From Candidatus Limiplasma sp. (GTDB lineage: Bacteria; Bacillota; Clostridia; Christensenellales; Aristaeellaceae), in assembly GCA_963664595.2 (NCBI GenBank), contig CAXXOK010000007.1:293287-357286 (forward strand): 64,000 nucleotides of DNA, written 5' to 3'. The notes beneath the pieces are model-generated. The model searched no databases. It was not told where the DNA came from and worked only from the letters and a program-made list of their open reading frames with translations. Each line of letters opens with the position of its first letter. Within the stretch, counting starts at the first letter, position 1. Below are positions 47,685-55,725 of this stretch, one piece after another. A program made the position numbers and the translations under genes.

Positions 47685-47713
47685 AATAATTTTGTAATAT
47701 TATCAGCCTGAGA
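47685..47713 (+). promoter_or_regulatory. Promoter TTGACA-17-TATTAT in an AT-rich spacer
   Basis: ttgaca at 47685-47690, 17 nt, tattat at 47708-47713. Confidence 0.55.
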
Positions 47714-47778
47714 GTTTATCTATTGCTTCATCATGTGATGATGGTGATGAAATCATACGGAAACGGGGAGAAACCAGT

Positions 47779-50397
47779 ATGAAAATTATGGTGCACGGCG
47801 GAAATAAACTACGCAGAGGCATTTCGCTCCTGCTGATTATGAGCATGCTGATCCTCATGCTGCCCACAGTCTCCACGGCGGCAACAAACGGGGTTTACGG
47901 CAACTGCACGGTTACGGCCAGTAACGTCGTTATCCGGTCAAGCCCTGCAGGATCCAGAACAGGATATTTTGCCCAGAAGGGAACCTATCCCATGATCGGC
48001 CCCGTTACCACGGTGGGCGGCGTAAACTGGTACAATATCCAAACCAGCTATACCGCAGGCTATGTCAGCGGCAACTATGCCACGGCCAGCTACGGTACCG
48101 CCGGCATGCCCGCAACGAGCAAAACGTATGTGGACATCCTGTATGATACGGTTGTGCTCACCAAGGGCAGCGATCCGGCAAACCCCACGCTTGATGCCTC
48201 AACAAGCCTGCCGATAACGGTTACCAATCTGAAAGGTACCCTCGTGCAGCTGGTAAACGGTGATTCTCCCTATACCGCGAAAGCCGCAGGCGCTACGGAA
48301 GCTTCATCTTTTATCAATGTGTATTACAACAATGAAGTTTACCATACCCCCTACGTCAACGCGTTCACCGACGGATTGATGTCGGAAGCAAACCTGGATG
48401 ATTATATTACCGGCATCACCTGGAAACAGACCACGGCCGACCGCCGGGACAGCACTGCGAAAGGCGACTATCTGACACACGCGATGCAGGCCGCCCTGTA
48501 CGTGCTGGATTATTATAACGATTCCATCGACGGTTCCTTCGGCGCTAAAACCTCCACGGCTGTGATTGAGTATAAGAAGGATATGAATAAAGCCTTCGGC
48601 TATGGCTGGTCAGAAAATGACGTAATGGGCAATGTCTGTTACAAGGATCTTTTTGCCCAGGCGCTCGACAGGCTTAACTATCTGCGCACCACAAACGGAC
48701 TTGGTACTTCCACCCCCACCACCACGACCACCATGGTCCAAACCACGGTGGAGAACCTGCGTATCCGCAAGTCCTATTCCTCCAGCTCCACCTATATCGG
48801 CATGATTCCCGCGACCGGAACCATCCTGACCTATACACGAACCTATGTCAGCGGCTCCGTTACCTGGTACTATATCCAGTATAACGGCATCTACGGCTGG
48901 GTAATGGGCACCTATGTGAACCCTTATACCGCTCCCACCGGCACAACGACTACCACCCCCACAATCACCAATTACGGCAGTGTAACCATCACCAAAAACC
49001 TGGTCGCCATCCGTACCACCGCCAATGGCTCGCGTACCGGATACCATGTAAACAAAGGTGATGTCTGCACAATGATCGGGCCGGCCGTGGAGGCGGGAAA
49101 ATATACCTGGTACCATATCCGCACCGAGAACGGACGTACGGGCTATGTGCGCGGCGACTGTGCGGATGCCAATTTCGACAGCAGCGCCGGCATGCCGAAA
49201 ACCACAATGAACTATGTACAGTTTTTATACGCCGACATGAAGGCCACGCTGGGCAATACCCCGCCCACAACCAATACGCCGGTGGATATACCCCAGAACA
49301 CCGTATTGCAGTTGACCGGTGCAAGCTATAAGGTAAGCGATGTTGAGTATATCAACGTCTATTACAACAACGACATCTATTACACCCAATATACCAACTC
49401 CCTGACCAACGGCCTGATGACGTCCGATAATCTCAATAACTATATTATCAACACCATTTGGGCACAGGGTCTCCCCAGCGGCAAAGTGGCCGGCAACGGC
49501 GCCGCGTACGCTTATCATACACGCAGCATCTATGTGCACGCGATCCAGGCCGCACTCTATCAGCTGGGCTTTATGACGGATAAGGATACCTTTGACGGCA
49601 GCTTCGGCACGGTAACCGCCGCCGCAGTCAAAGCGTTCAAGAAAGCCTATAACTTCACCACCGTTGATGAAATCATCGACACAAGCGACAGCATCACTCT
49701 GTTCTTAGCCGCAGCCGCAGCCCTGAAGGCCAAGCTGATCGCGGCTTCCGCAGACACCGGCGACGGCACCGTTCTTTCCGCGGGTGATTTCGGCACGGTC
49801 AACACGGTGAAGAAGGGCTCCTGGTCTGAAATTGACGGCGGCGCCACCAGCCTGTTCCCCAAAGGCTCCGTAGCGTATGTCATGTCCGTGAAAACCAAGC
49901 AGGTATTCCGCCTGTACCGCTGGTCCGGCGCCAACCATGCCGACTGCGTACCCTATGATACCTCCGATACGGCAACCCTGTGTTCCGTTCTCGGTATGAC
50001 GTACAATGCCGCTACTCCCTCCTCCAGCGAGCTTTCCCAGATCAAGGCGTCCGGCAATCAGGACTGGCCGGACTATACCTGGCCCAAAATGCGCTGGGGC
50101 GGTACCACCCTTGCCAATGCTTATAAAATCCCCGTATGGGTTAACCTGAACGGCACCGTGTACTGTGCCAGTATCTACGTGATCCCGCACGGCTTTACCG
50201 GCTCCAGCAGCTTCTCGCTTTCGAAGCTCAACGGATCGTACTTCTATGAGCGCAACAACACCTACGGCATGCTGTGTGTGCACTTCTACGGCAGCACCAC
50301 CCACGCCTCGGGCAAGGTTGATTCTGAGCATAACTCAAACATCAGCTACGCGTACAACCAAGCTGGCTCGTACTTCGGTTCCGGCAAGGTAAAGTAA
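47779..50397 (+). CDS. Large modular secreted protein: three SH3b-like domains, two peptidoglycan-binding-like domains and an uncharacterised Cys/His-containing C-terminal domain
   Basis: Signal peptide present. An internal two-fold module is visible (INVYYNNEVYHTPY.../YINVYYNNDIYYTQY..., and ...DGSFGAKTSTAVIEYKK/...DGSFGTVTAAAVKAFKK). Confidence 0.8.
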   Translation: MKIMVHGGNKLRRGISLLLIMSMLILMLPTVSTAATNGVYGNCTVTASNVVIRSSPAGSRTGYFAQKGTYPMIGPVTTVGGVNWYNIQTSYTAGYVSGNYATASYGTAGMPATSKTYVDILYDTVVLTKGSDPANPTLDASTSLPITVTNLKGTLVQLVNGDSPYTAKAAGATEASSFINVYYNNEVYHTPYVNAFTDGLMSEANLDDYITGITWKQTTADRRDSTAKGDYLTHAMQAALYVLDYYNDSIDGSFGAKTSTAVIEYKKDMNKAFGYGWSENDVMGNVCYKDLFAQALDRLNYLRTTNGLGTSTPTTTTTMVQTTVENLRIRKSYSSSSTYIGMIPATGTILTYTRTYVSGSVTWYYIQYNGIYGWVMGTYVNPYTAPTGTTTTTPTITNYGSVTITKNLVAIRTTANGSRTGYHVNKGDVCTMIGPAVEAGKYTWYHIRTENGRTGYVRGDCADANFDSSAGMPKTTMNYVQFLYADMKATLGNTPPTTNTPVDIPQNTVLQLTGASYKVSDVEYINVYYNNDIYYTQYTNSLTNGLMTSDNLNNYIINTIWAQGLPSGKVAGNGAAYAYHTRSIYVHAIQAALYQLGFMTDKDTFDGSFGTVTAAAVKAFKKAYNFTTVDEIIDTSDSITLFLAAAAALKAKLIAASADTGDGTVLSAGDFGTVNTVKKGSWSEIDGGATSLFPKGSVAYVMSVKTKQVFRLYRWSGANHADCVPYDTSDTATLCSVLGMTYNAATPSSSELSQIKASGNQDWPDYTWPKMRWGGTTLANAYKIPVWVNLNGTVYCASIYVIPHGFTGSSSFSLSKLNGSYFYERNNTYGMLCVHFYGSTTHASGKVDSEHNSNISYAYNQAGSYFGSGKVK

Positions 50398-50413
50398 GGG
50401 TTCCTCGGGTTTA

Positions 50414-50456
50414 ACAGCCAATCAAAGCCCCGCAGCAATGCGGGGCTTCTGGCTGT
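50414..50456 (+). terminator. Long hairpin with a GCAA tetraloop after the exoprotein gene (no good U-tail)
   Basis: Outer pair acagcca/tggctgt and inner pair agccccgca-gcaa-tgcggggct. Confidence 0.5.
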
Positions 50457-50502
50457 CAAAAAAGAAGGGTCCAGGGCTGAAAGTCCTGGTCAGGGTGCAG
50501 GG
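50430..50502. repeat. Repeat unit copy 1: 19-nt block ccgcagcaatgcggggctt (50430-50448) and 18-nt block cctggtcagggtgcaggg (50485-50502)
   Basis: Both blocks recur identically and in the same order at 51970-51988 and 52031-52048. Confidence 0.85.
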
Positions 50503-50542
50503 GTGAAACCCTTGCCGGGGATTGGGGTGGAATGTCAAGCCC

Positions 50543-51842
50543 AACATAGTTTACACATTGTCCGAGGACATAGTTTACAACTTTTCAGTCAAGCGGGGAT
50601 CGCCCTCTGCCAAATAGCATGTGCGGGATACCATTTTCTTTTCCCTCAAATCTATCCGTCCGATCCGGAATTGTCGATAGAGCAGATTTACAAAACCATC
50701 TATCGATGAGGGCTTTACCGCAATACACTTGCCCCCGAACGAACAGCTGAGAAAGTAACGCTCTCCTCCATAGTGGATATACCCTTTCTTCTTAACCTCA
50801 CGCAATTCACATTCCGTTCCATATTCCCAGTCCGTTATTCTCTCAGGGAAAACGCGCGTGCTTGCCTGATAGTGCTCTGCCGGAGCATCCAGCCCCAGCG
50901 CATGATGCGGCCGCTTCTGATTGTAAAACTCCCGGTATTCCGTCCGCTGGCGGTCGGCATCAATTAGGTCGTACGGCACGTGATACTGTAGCCTTTCATC
51001 CTTGTAGGACCGGTTGAATTTCTCCGCTTTCCCCTGAGTCTGGGGATGATGCGGACGAATATGAATAGTCAGGATACCAAGCTCCATTAACCAGACCTCA
51101 AACGGGGTATATCCGCCGCTGTAATTTGTTCCCCAGGGGTTTCCGTTATCGCAAAGCAGCATCTGCGGTAATCCGTATTCCTTGAAAACCTTACGAAAAC
51201 TCTCTTCTACGCCTTTGTGCTGTTCATTTGCTTTCGCATCGGCACACAGGCAGAACCGGCTGTGATCGTCGATGATCGACAAGGGGTGGCAACGTTCTCC
51301 GTTTTGCATCGCGAAGTTACCCTTGAAGTCGGTCTGCCACAGGATGTTCGGGGCTTCTTTTTCAAACCGTTTACATCGCGCAGCAGCCTGGCTTGCTTCC
51401 CGTGTGATGAGGTGATTGCGTTTCAGCACGGCATTGACGGTGCTGACACAGGGCAGCTTCGTATAGCCCTGGTTGCTTAGCATCCGATGGATCTTTTTGG
51501 CGCCGATCGCAGGTTCTTTCTGTCTCGCTTCTACAATTATGGCTTCAGTCTCTGCGCTGAGCTTATTCGGGGTGTGGAACGGCGCCTTGCTTCGGTCCCT
51601 CATCCCTTCTCCGGCTTGATGCCGTTTGATCCACTTGTCTCCTGTTGGCCTGCTTATTCCGTATTCACGGCACAGAGCGCTCTTGTTCTTCTCCCCGGCC
51701 AGCGCTCTTTTGACAAACTCAGCCCGATTCATTTCCACAGTTCTCTCTTCCCAAGGCATGGCCACCAATCCCTTGCGTTTTCATGCCTCTATTTTATTCG
51801 AAAACTGTAAATCATGTCCTCGGACTTTCTGTAAACCATGTT
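50543..51842 (-). mobile_element. IS481-like insertion sequence (~1.3 kb) with ~42-bp imperfect terminal inverted repeats
   Basis: Left inverted repeat aacatagtttacacattgtccgaggacatagtttaca versus the reverse complement of the right repeat, aacatggtttacagaaagtccgaggacatgatttaca. Single DDE ORF. No target-site duplication seen. Confidence 0.8.
50575..51768 (-). CDS. DDE (rve/integrase-core) transposase, IS481-family-like
   Basis: N-terminal HTH (ALCREYGISRPTGDKWIKR). DDE triad regions WQTDFK, LCDNGNPW and QTQGKAEKFNRSYKDE. Start is the TTG at 51768 or the ATG at 51759. Confidence 0.85.
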   Translation of the reverse strand: MVAMPWEERTVEMNRAEFVKRALAGEKNKSALCREYGISRPTGDKWIKRHQAGEGMRDRSKAPFHTPNKLSAETEAIIVEARQKEPAIGAKKIHRMLSNQGYTKLPCVSTVNAVLKRNHLITREASQAAARCKRFEKEAPNILWQTDFKGNFAMQNGERCHPLSIIDDHSRFCLCADAKANEQHKGVEESFRKVFKEYGLPQMLLCDNGNPWGTNYSGGYTPFEVWLMELGILTIHIRPHHPQTQGKAEKFNRSYKDERLQYHVPYDLIDADRQRTEYREFYNQKRPHHALGLDAPAEHYQASTRVFPERITDWEYGTECELREVKKKGYIHYGGERYFLSCSFGGKCIAVKPSSIDGFVNLLYRQFRIGRIDLREKKMVSRTCYLAEGDPRLTEKL

Positions 51843-51965
51843 ACTAGTCTATACATGGAACCCCAAAGGCTTGCGTAACAACAAAGGTGTAAGCGAGCAA
51901 ACAGCGCCCAAGGCGCTATGAAGCGAGCGGCGATAACGACCCGAAGAGGTTCTTTGACAAGCTGA

Positions 51966-51994
51966 AGCACCGCAGCAATGCGGGGCTTTTCTTT
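51966..51994 (+). terminator. Second copy of the GCAA-tetraloop hairpin, here with a good U-tail
   Basis: agcaccgca-gcaa-tgcggggct followed by ttttcttt. Confidence 0.55.
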
Positions 51995-52048
51995 ACTCCA
52001 GAATGCCAACAGGTGAGCCCTGTCCGAGGCCCTGGTCAGGGTGCAGGG
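51970..52048. repeat. Repeat unit copy 2 (19-nt and 18-nt blocks identical to 50430-50448 and 50485-50502)
   Basis: Direct, same-order duplication on the other side of the IS. The intervening spacer is not similar. Confidence 0.85.
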
Positions 52049-52345
52049 CTTATCCCTGCATTTCAACACATGGATACTGCGCGTGGACAGCGCTGCAGGC
52101 TCTGTGATGCGATCGTCAATAACGCCCTCCATCGTTTCTTTGATAAGCTACGCCTTGCAAACGTACAATGCCTTCCGCGGTAATATGAGCGTCTGCTTTG
52201 CCGACACTCAAATATCAAGGGGATTATTATTGAGCAACACGCTTCGCTCATTGTTTCTTGGTATCGGCTTCGCCGCTCTGCCGGAGCATTCGCTACAACC
52301 CCGTAGACCCAATCCATGCCTCCAATGCGCAGCGATGTTGCTTTT

Positions 52346-52384
52346 AACAGGCAAATGCCCCGCGGTGCGGGGCATTTGCCTGTT
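52346..52384. other. Perfect 18-bp hairpin with a 3-nt loop
   Basis: aacaggcaaatgccccgc-ggt-gcggggcatttgcctgtt. No U-tail on either strand. Lies ~200 nt downstream of the ANTAR gene. Confidence 0.8.
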
Positions 52385-52582
52385 ATATTGAATTGCAGTT
52401 TTTAAATTTTCTAAGTAAGCGATGAATAAAGCGCTTGTGCGATGGGGCGCTAGCTTTGCATCAGATCGAGGATTGCGGAACCTGAAGCAGTAGCAACACT
52501 ACATCGAAACATCGACGTTTCTCAAACCTAAGCTGGCGAAAGGATAGCGCGGCAGTTTGCAAGGGATTTATTCAGTGTTTGT

Positions 52583-53152
52583 CTAGAGTTCAAACCTTTC
52601 CAGCACCTTTTTCGCTACTCGTACGCGCGACATGCGGCTGTCCATGGCTTCCTTTTCCAGTACGCGGTGCGCTTCTTCTTCGGTGATGCGCATATGCTCT
52701 ATCAGCAGGCACTTGGCGCGGTCAATCACCTTCAGCTCCTCGTACCGGGTTTGCATGCGCTCGGTCTGCTCCTTGTAGATCAGCAGGCGGTTGCGGCACG
52801 CGATGCCCACTTTGATGGTTTGCTCAAACAGAAGCTGATTTACGGGCTTGGTCACAATCAACACCCCGGCGTTCATCGCCGTATCCGCAATCAACGGCGC
52901 CATCTCGGTTTTCACCAGCAGCACGACCGCCGCGGTGGTATTGCGCGCCAAATCGATCGCCAGTTCCAGACCGGATTCATCCTGCAGGGGTGCATTAATC
53001 AAAGCAAGCGAAAACAAATCTCCGCTTGCCTTGCGGCGTGCCTGCGCCGCACCGGTTGCAGGCTCAATTTCGCCGATGCACATGGCGCTGAGCCACTCCA
53101 TCAGCTTACCCTGCCCTTTTGCAGCTACCAGTAAGTTGCGCTCCTGCGTCAA
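52583..53152 (-). CDS. ANTAR-domain RNA-binding antiterminator with a non-phosphorylatable receiver-like N-domain
   Basis: TTG start 9 nt after AGGAGA. C-terminal ANTAR (IDRAKCLLIEHMRITEEEAHRVLEKEAMDSRM). The receiver-like half has NLLVAAKG in place of the DD pair and LALINAPL with Asn at the acceptor position. Confidence 0.8.
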   Translation of the reverse strand: MTQERNLLVAAKGQGKLMEWLSAMCIGEIEPATGAAQARRKASGDLFSLALINAPLQDESGLELAIDLARNTTAAVVLLVKTEMAPLIADTAMNAGVLIVTKPVNQLLFEQTIKVGIACRNRLLIYKEQTERMQTRYEELKVIDRAKCLLIEHMRITEEEAHRVLEKEAMDSRMSRVRVAKKVLERFEL

Positions 53153-53173
53153 AATTCAAGCTCTCCTATTCCG

Positions 53174-54457
53174 TTAAAAGCACTGAAACTGCTCGTTGAA
53201 CAACCCGGTTTTATCCTGACGGTCGAGCAGCAGCATTTCTTCGGCATGGTACAGGAAAGCGTCCAATACGCTCTTGGGTAATAACCGTTTGATGAAATCA
53301 CTGTTTTTGGCCGCCGTAATGGCGTCGCTCAGAGATTCAGGAAGCATGGGCATATCCTCAAAGCCTTTGGCGGTTACGGGATCAGGCAGTGTTTCCCCTT
53401 TTTCAATGCCTTCCAGCGCCGCATGGATGATCAGCGCATAGGCAAGGTACGCGTTGCTCAGGCTATCCGCGCTGGCAATTTGCATATGCGCAAAGTGGTG
53501 CTGGGGAAGCGGCACCCGGACGGCGTTGAGGTTGTGCTGGTACGACCAGCAAATGCGGTTTGGCGATTCTCCATCCGTCAGCCGGTCATAGCTGTTGGGA
53601 ATGGGGTTCAGAAACAGCGTCAGATCGGCCAGGCGGTTCAGCACGCCCGCCATGGCGGCTTTCGCTTCCGGTGAAAGCTCCCCGTCTTCCATCTGGAACA
53701 GGTTTTTGCGTTCCTTAAAAAGCGCGAAATCCACTTTGAACGCGCTGCCAAACTCGTTCATCAGCGGCTTGGGCATAAAGGACGCGCACAGGCCGTAACG
53801 CGTGGCAATCGTACGGACGGCGTTGTGGAACGCCACCAGATGATCGGCTCCGGTCAGAGGATCGGCGCGGTGGAAATCGATTTCGTTCTGCCCCGGACCA
53901 CGCTCATGATGGCTTACCTCCGGGCGGATGTTCATGGACAGCAGCGTGAGGCAGATTTCCCGGCGCACATCCTCCCCGCGGTCCAGCGGCGCGACATCCA
54001 GATAGCTGCCGTTATCCTGTGGTTTGTTGGTAATAAGGCCCTGTTCATCGGCTTCAAAAAGGTAAAACTCGCATTCGGCGCCGATGCGGATGGAGTAGCC
54101 GCGATTGTTGGCAAGCTCCTTGGCCTTGCGCAGAATGCTGCGCGTATCGCCCTCGTAGGGCTGCCCGTCCGCGGTTACCACATCGCAGATCAGGCGGCAT
54201 ACACGGCTGGCCTGCGGACGCCACGGAAGGATACTCAGCGTGTCCGGATCGGGGCGCAGGAGAAGCTCTCCTTTCTCGCTGGCTTGAAAACCGTCCACCG
54301 CCGCCGCGTCAAATGGAATGCCATGCTCAAATGCCTCGGAAAGCATCTCCGGCTGGATGGCAATGTTTTTCAGCTTGCCAAACAGATCCGGAAACGCAAG
54401 CCGGACAAATTTCACATCATTCTCTTCCAAAAAGTCCATTACTTCTTGCGCAAGCAT
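53174..54457 (-). CDS. Glutamine-synthetase type I-like protein with substituted catalytic residues (probable non-catalytic or divergent GS homologue)
   Basis: Full-length GSI (type I glutamine synthetase) architecture with GAECEFYLF and SHHERGPGQNEIDF retained. However, KPLMNEFGSAFKVDFALF, HNLNAVRVP and AHMQIASADSLSNAYLA replace the canonical NGSGMH, NRS..IRIP and R.E.R..D...NPYLA motifs. Confidence 0.75.
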   Translation of the reverse strand: MLAQEVMDFLEENDVKFVRLAFPDLFGKLKNIAIQPEMLSEAFEHGIPFDAAAVDGFQASEKGELLLRPDPDTLSILPWRPQASRVCRLICDVVTADGQPYEGDTRSILRKAKELANNRGYSIRIGAECEFYLFEADEQGLITNKPQDNGSYLDVAPLDRGEDVRREICLTLLSMNIRPEVSHHERGPGQNEIDFHRADPLTGADHLVAFHNAVRTIATRYGLCASFMPKPLMNEFGSAFKVDFALFKERKNLFQMEDGELSPEAKAAMAGVLNRLADLTLFLNPIPNSYDRLTDGESPNRICWSYQHNLNAVRVPLPQHHFAHMQIASADSLSNAYLAYALIIHAALEGIEKGETLPDPVTAKGFEDMPMLPESLSDAITAAKNSDFIKRLLPKSVLDAFLYHAEEMLLLDRQDKTGLFNEQFQCF

Positions 54458-54501
54458 TGGATCCCTCCCGTTGTCTGTACATTCGGTCCGCTTCCGCAGG
54501 G

Positions 54502-55713
54502 CTACTCACGCAGCTCCAGCAGCTTTTGCTTGAGCTGGGATTCCATCACCAGCAGCTGCTTTTCCGCGTCGATGCGCTTCTGCCGACCGTCCTTTTGCAC
54601 ATTCATCACTTCGGTGATCGTGTCGATTAAATCCTGATTGGTTTTGGTAAGCGTCTGCACGTCGATGATGCCGCGCTCGGCTTCCCTCGCCGTTTCGATG
54701 GTGCCCATCTTGAGCATTTCGGAGTTCTTTTTCAGCAGCTCGTTGGTCATATTGGTCACGGCCGTCTGCGCCTTGAGCGCCTGCTGGCTGCGGGCCAGGC
54801 CCAGCGAGATGACAATCTGGCTCTTCCACAGCGGCAGCGTGTTGGACAGTGTGGACTGGATGCGTTCCACCAGCAGGCTGTCGTTGTTTTGCAAAAGCCT
54901 GATCTGCGGCGCCATCTGCAGCGATACCGTACGCGTGAGCTTGAGATCGTGGAGCTTCTTTTCAAAGCGGTCGCACGCGGTGGACAGGTCGTTCACGCGC
55001 TGGGCGTCCATGGTATCCTGACTGTTTTTCGCCTTTTCGCTGAGCTCCTTCAAAGCGCCCTCGCGGACCTCTTTGAGCTTTTTCTCACCCGCGACGATAT
55101 ACATTGTCAGCTCCTTGAAATACTGGGTATTCGTTTCATACAGGTGGTTGAGCATGCTGATGTCCTTGAGCAGCATCCGCTGGTTTTCCTCCAGCGAAGA
55201 CGCCACCTCGTCCACGTTTACATCCACCTTTTCATAGCGGTTCTTGATCTCTTCAAAGTTCTTGCGGGCATTCCAAAACAGGCCGCGGATGCCGGAAGGC
55301 TTGTCCGCATCGGTGGAAAAGCCCTTGATCTCGCTGATGAGCTTGATCAGCATTTCACCGGTTTCCCCCGTCTGGTCGGTGCGCACGGTTGCCAGGGCGC
55401 TGTCCGAAAACTCGGCAACCTTTTTTTGCGCGCTCGCGCCGTACAGCAGCACATGCTCTGGGTTTTGAATATCGATTTTCTTTACGAATTCTTCAATGGT
55501 CTGCTTCTCGTTTTCGCTGAGCATGGAGGTATCCAGCTCCTGCAGGGCTTGTTCGGCAGCCTTTGCCGCCTTGGCGGTGGGAGCGGTGGCGTTTACCTTT
55601 TCCAGTGCGGCAACCGCTTCCTCCAGCTTGGCCTTGTCATTATCCATGGTTTGGTCATCCAGCGTCAGCACCGGCATTTCTGCGGCGCTGCTCTGCGTGT
55701 TTACATCAGTCAT
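54502..55713 (-). CDS. telA: TelA/YaaN-family toxic-anion-resistance protein
   Basis: 403 aa, coiled-coil-rich, with the typical TelA N-region (LLYGASAQKKVAEFSDSAL). Paired with xpaC as in Bacillus subtilis xpaC-yaaN. Confidence 0.8.
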   Translation of the reverse strand: MTDVNTQSSAAEMPVLTLDDQTMDNDKAKLEEAVAALEKVNATAPTAKAAKAAEQALQELDTSMLSENEKQTIEEFVKKIDIQNPEHVLLYGASAQKKVAEFSDSALATVRTDQTGETGEMLIKLISEIKGFSTDADKPSGIRGLFWNARKNFEEIKNRYEKVDVNVDEVASSLEENQRMLLKDISMLNHLYETNTQYFKELTMYIVAGEKKLKEVREGALKELSEKAKNSQDTMDAQRVNDLSTACDRFEKKLHDLKLTRTVSLQMAPQIRLLQNNDSLLVERIQSTLSNTLPLWKSQIVISLGLARSQQALKAQTAVTNMTNELLKKNSEMLKMGTIETAREAERGIIDVQTLTKTNQDLIDTITEVMNVQKDGRQKRIDAEKQLLVMESQLKQKLLELRE

Positions 55714-55725
55714 GGAATTGCCTCC

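Noticed and set aside
50536-51850. Target-site duplication flanking the IS
   Set aside because: I compared 4-15 nt on each side of the inferred termini (…gtcaagccc versus actagtcta…) and found no direct repeat. Reported as absent rather than forced.
51893-52180. Open frame giving ...KRFFDKLKH... and ...HRFFDKLRL... (possible decayed gene)
   Set aside because: There is no start codon with an SD, the overall translation is not protein-like, and it runs straight through two hairpins. The RFFDKL recurrence is better described as a 14-nt nucleotide near-repeat.
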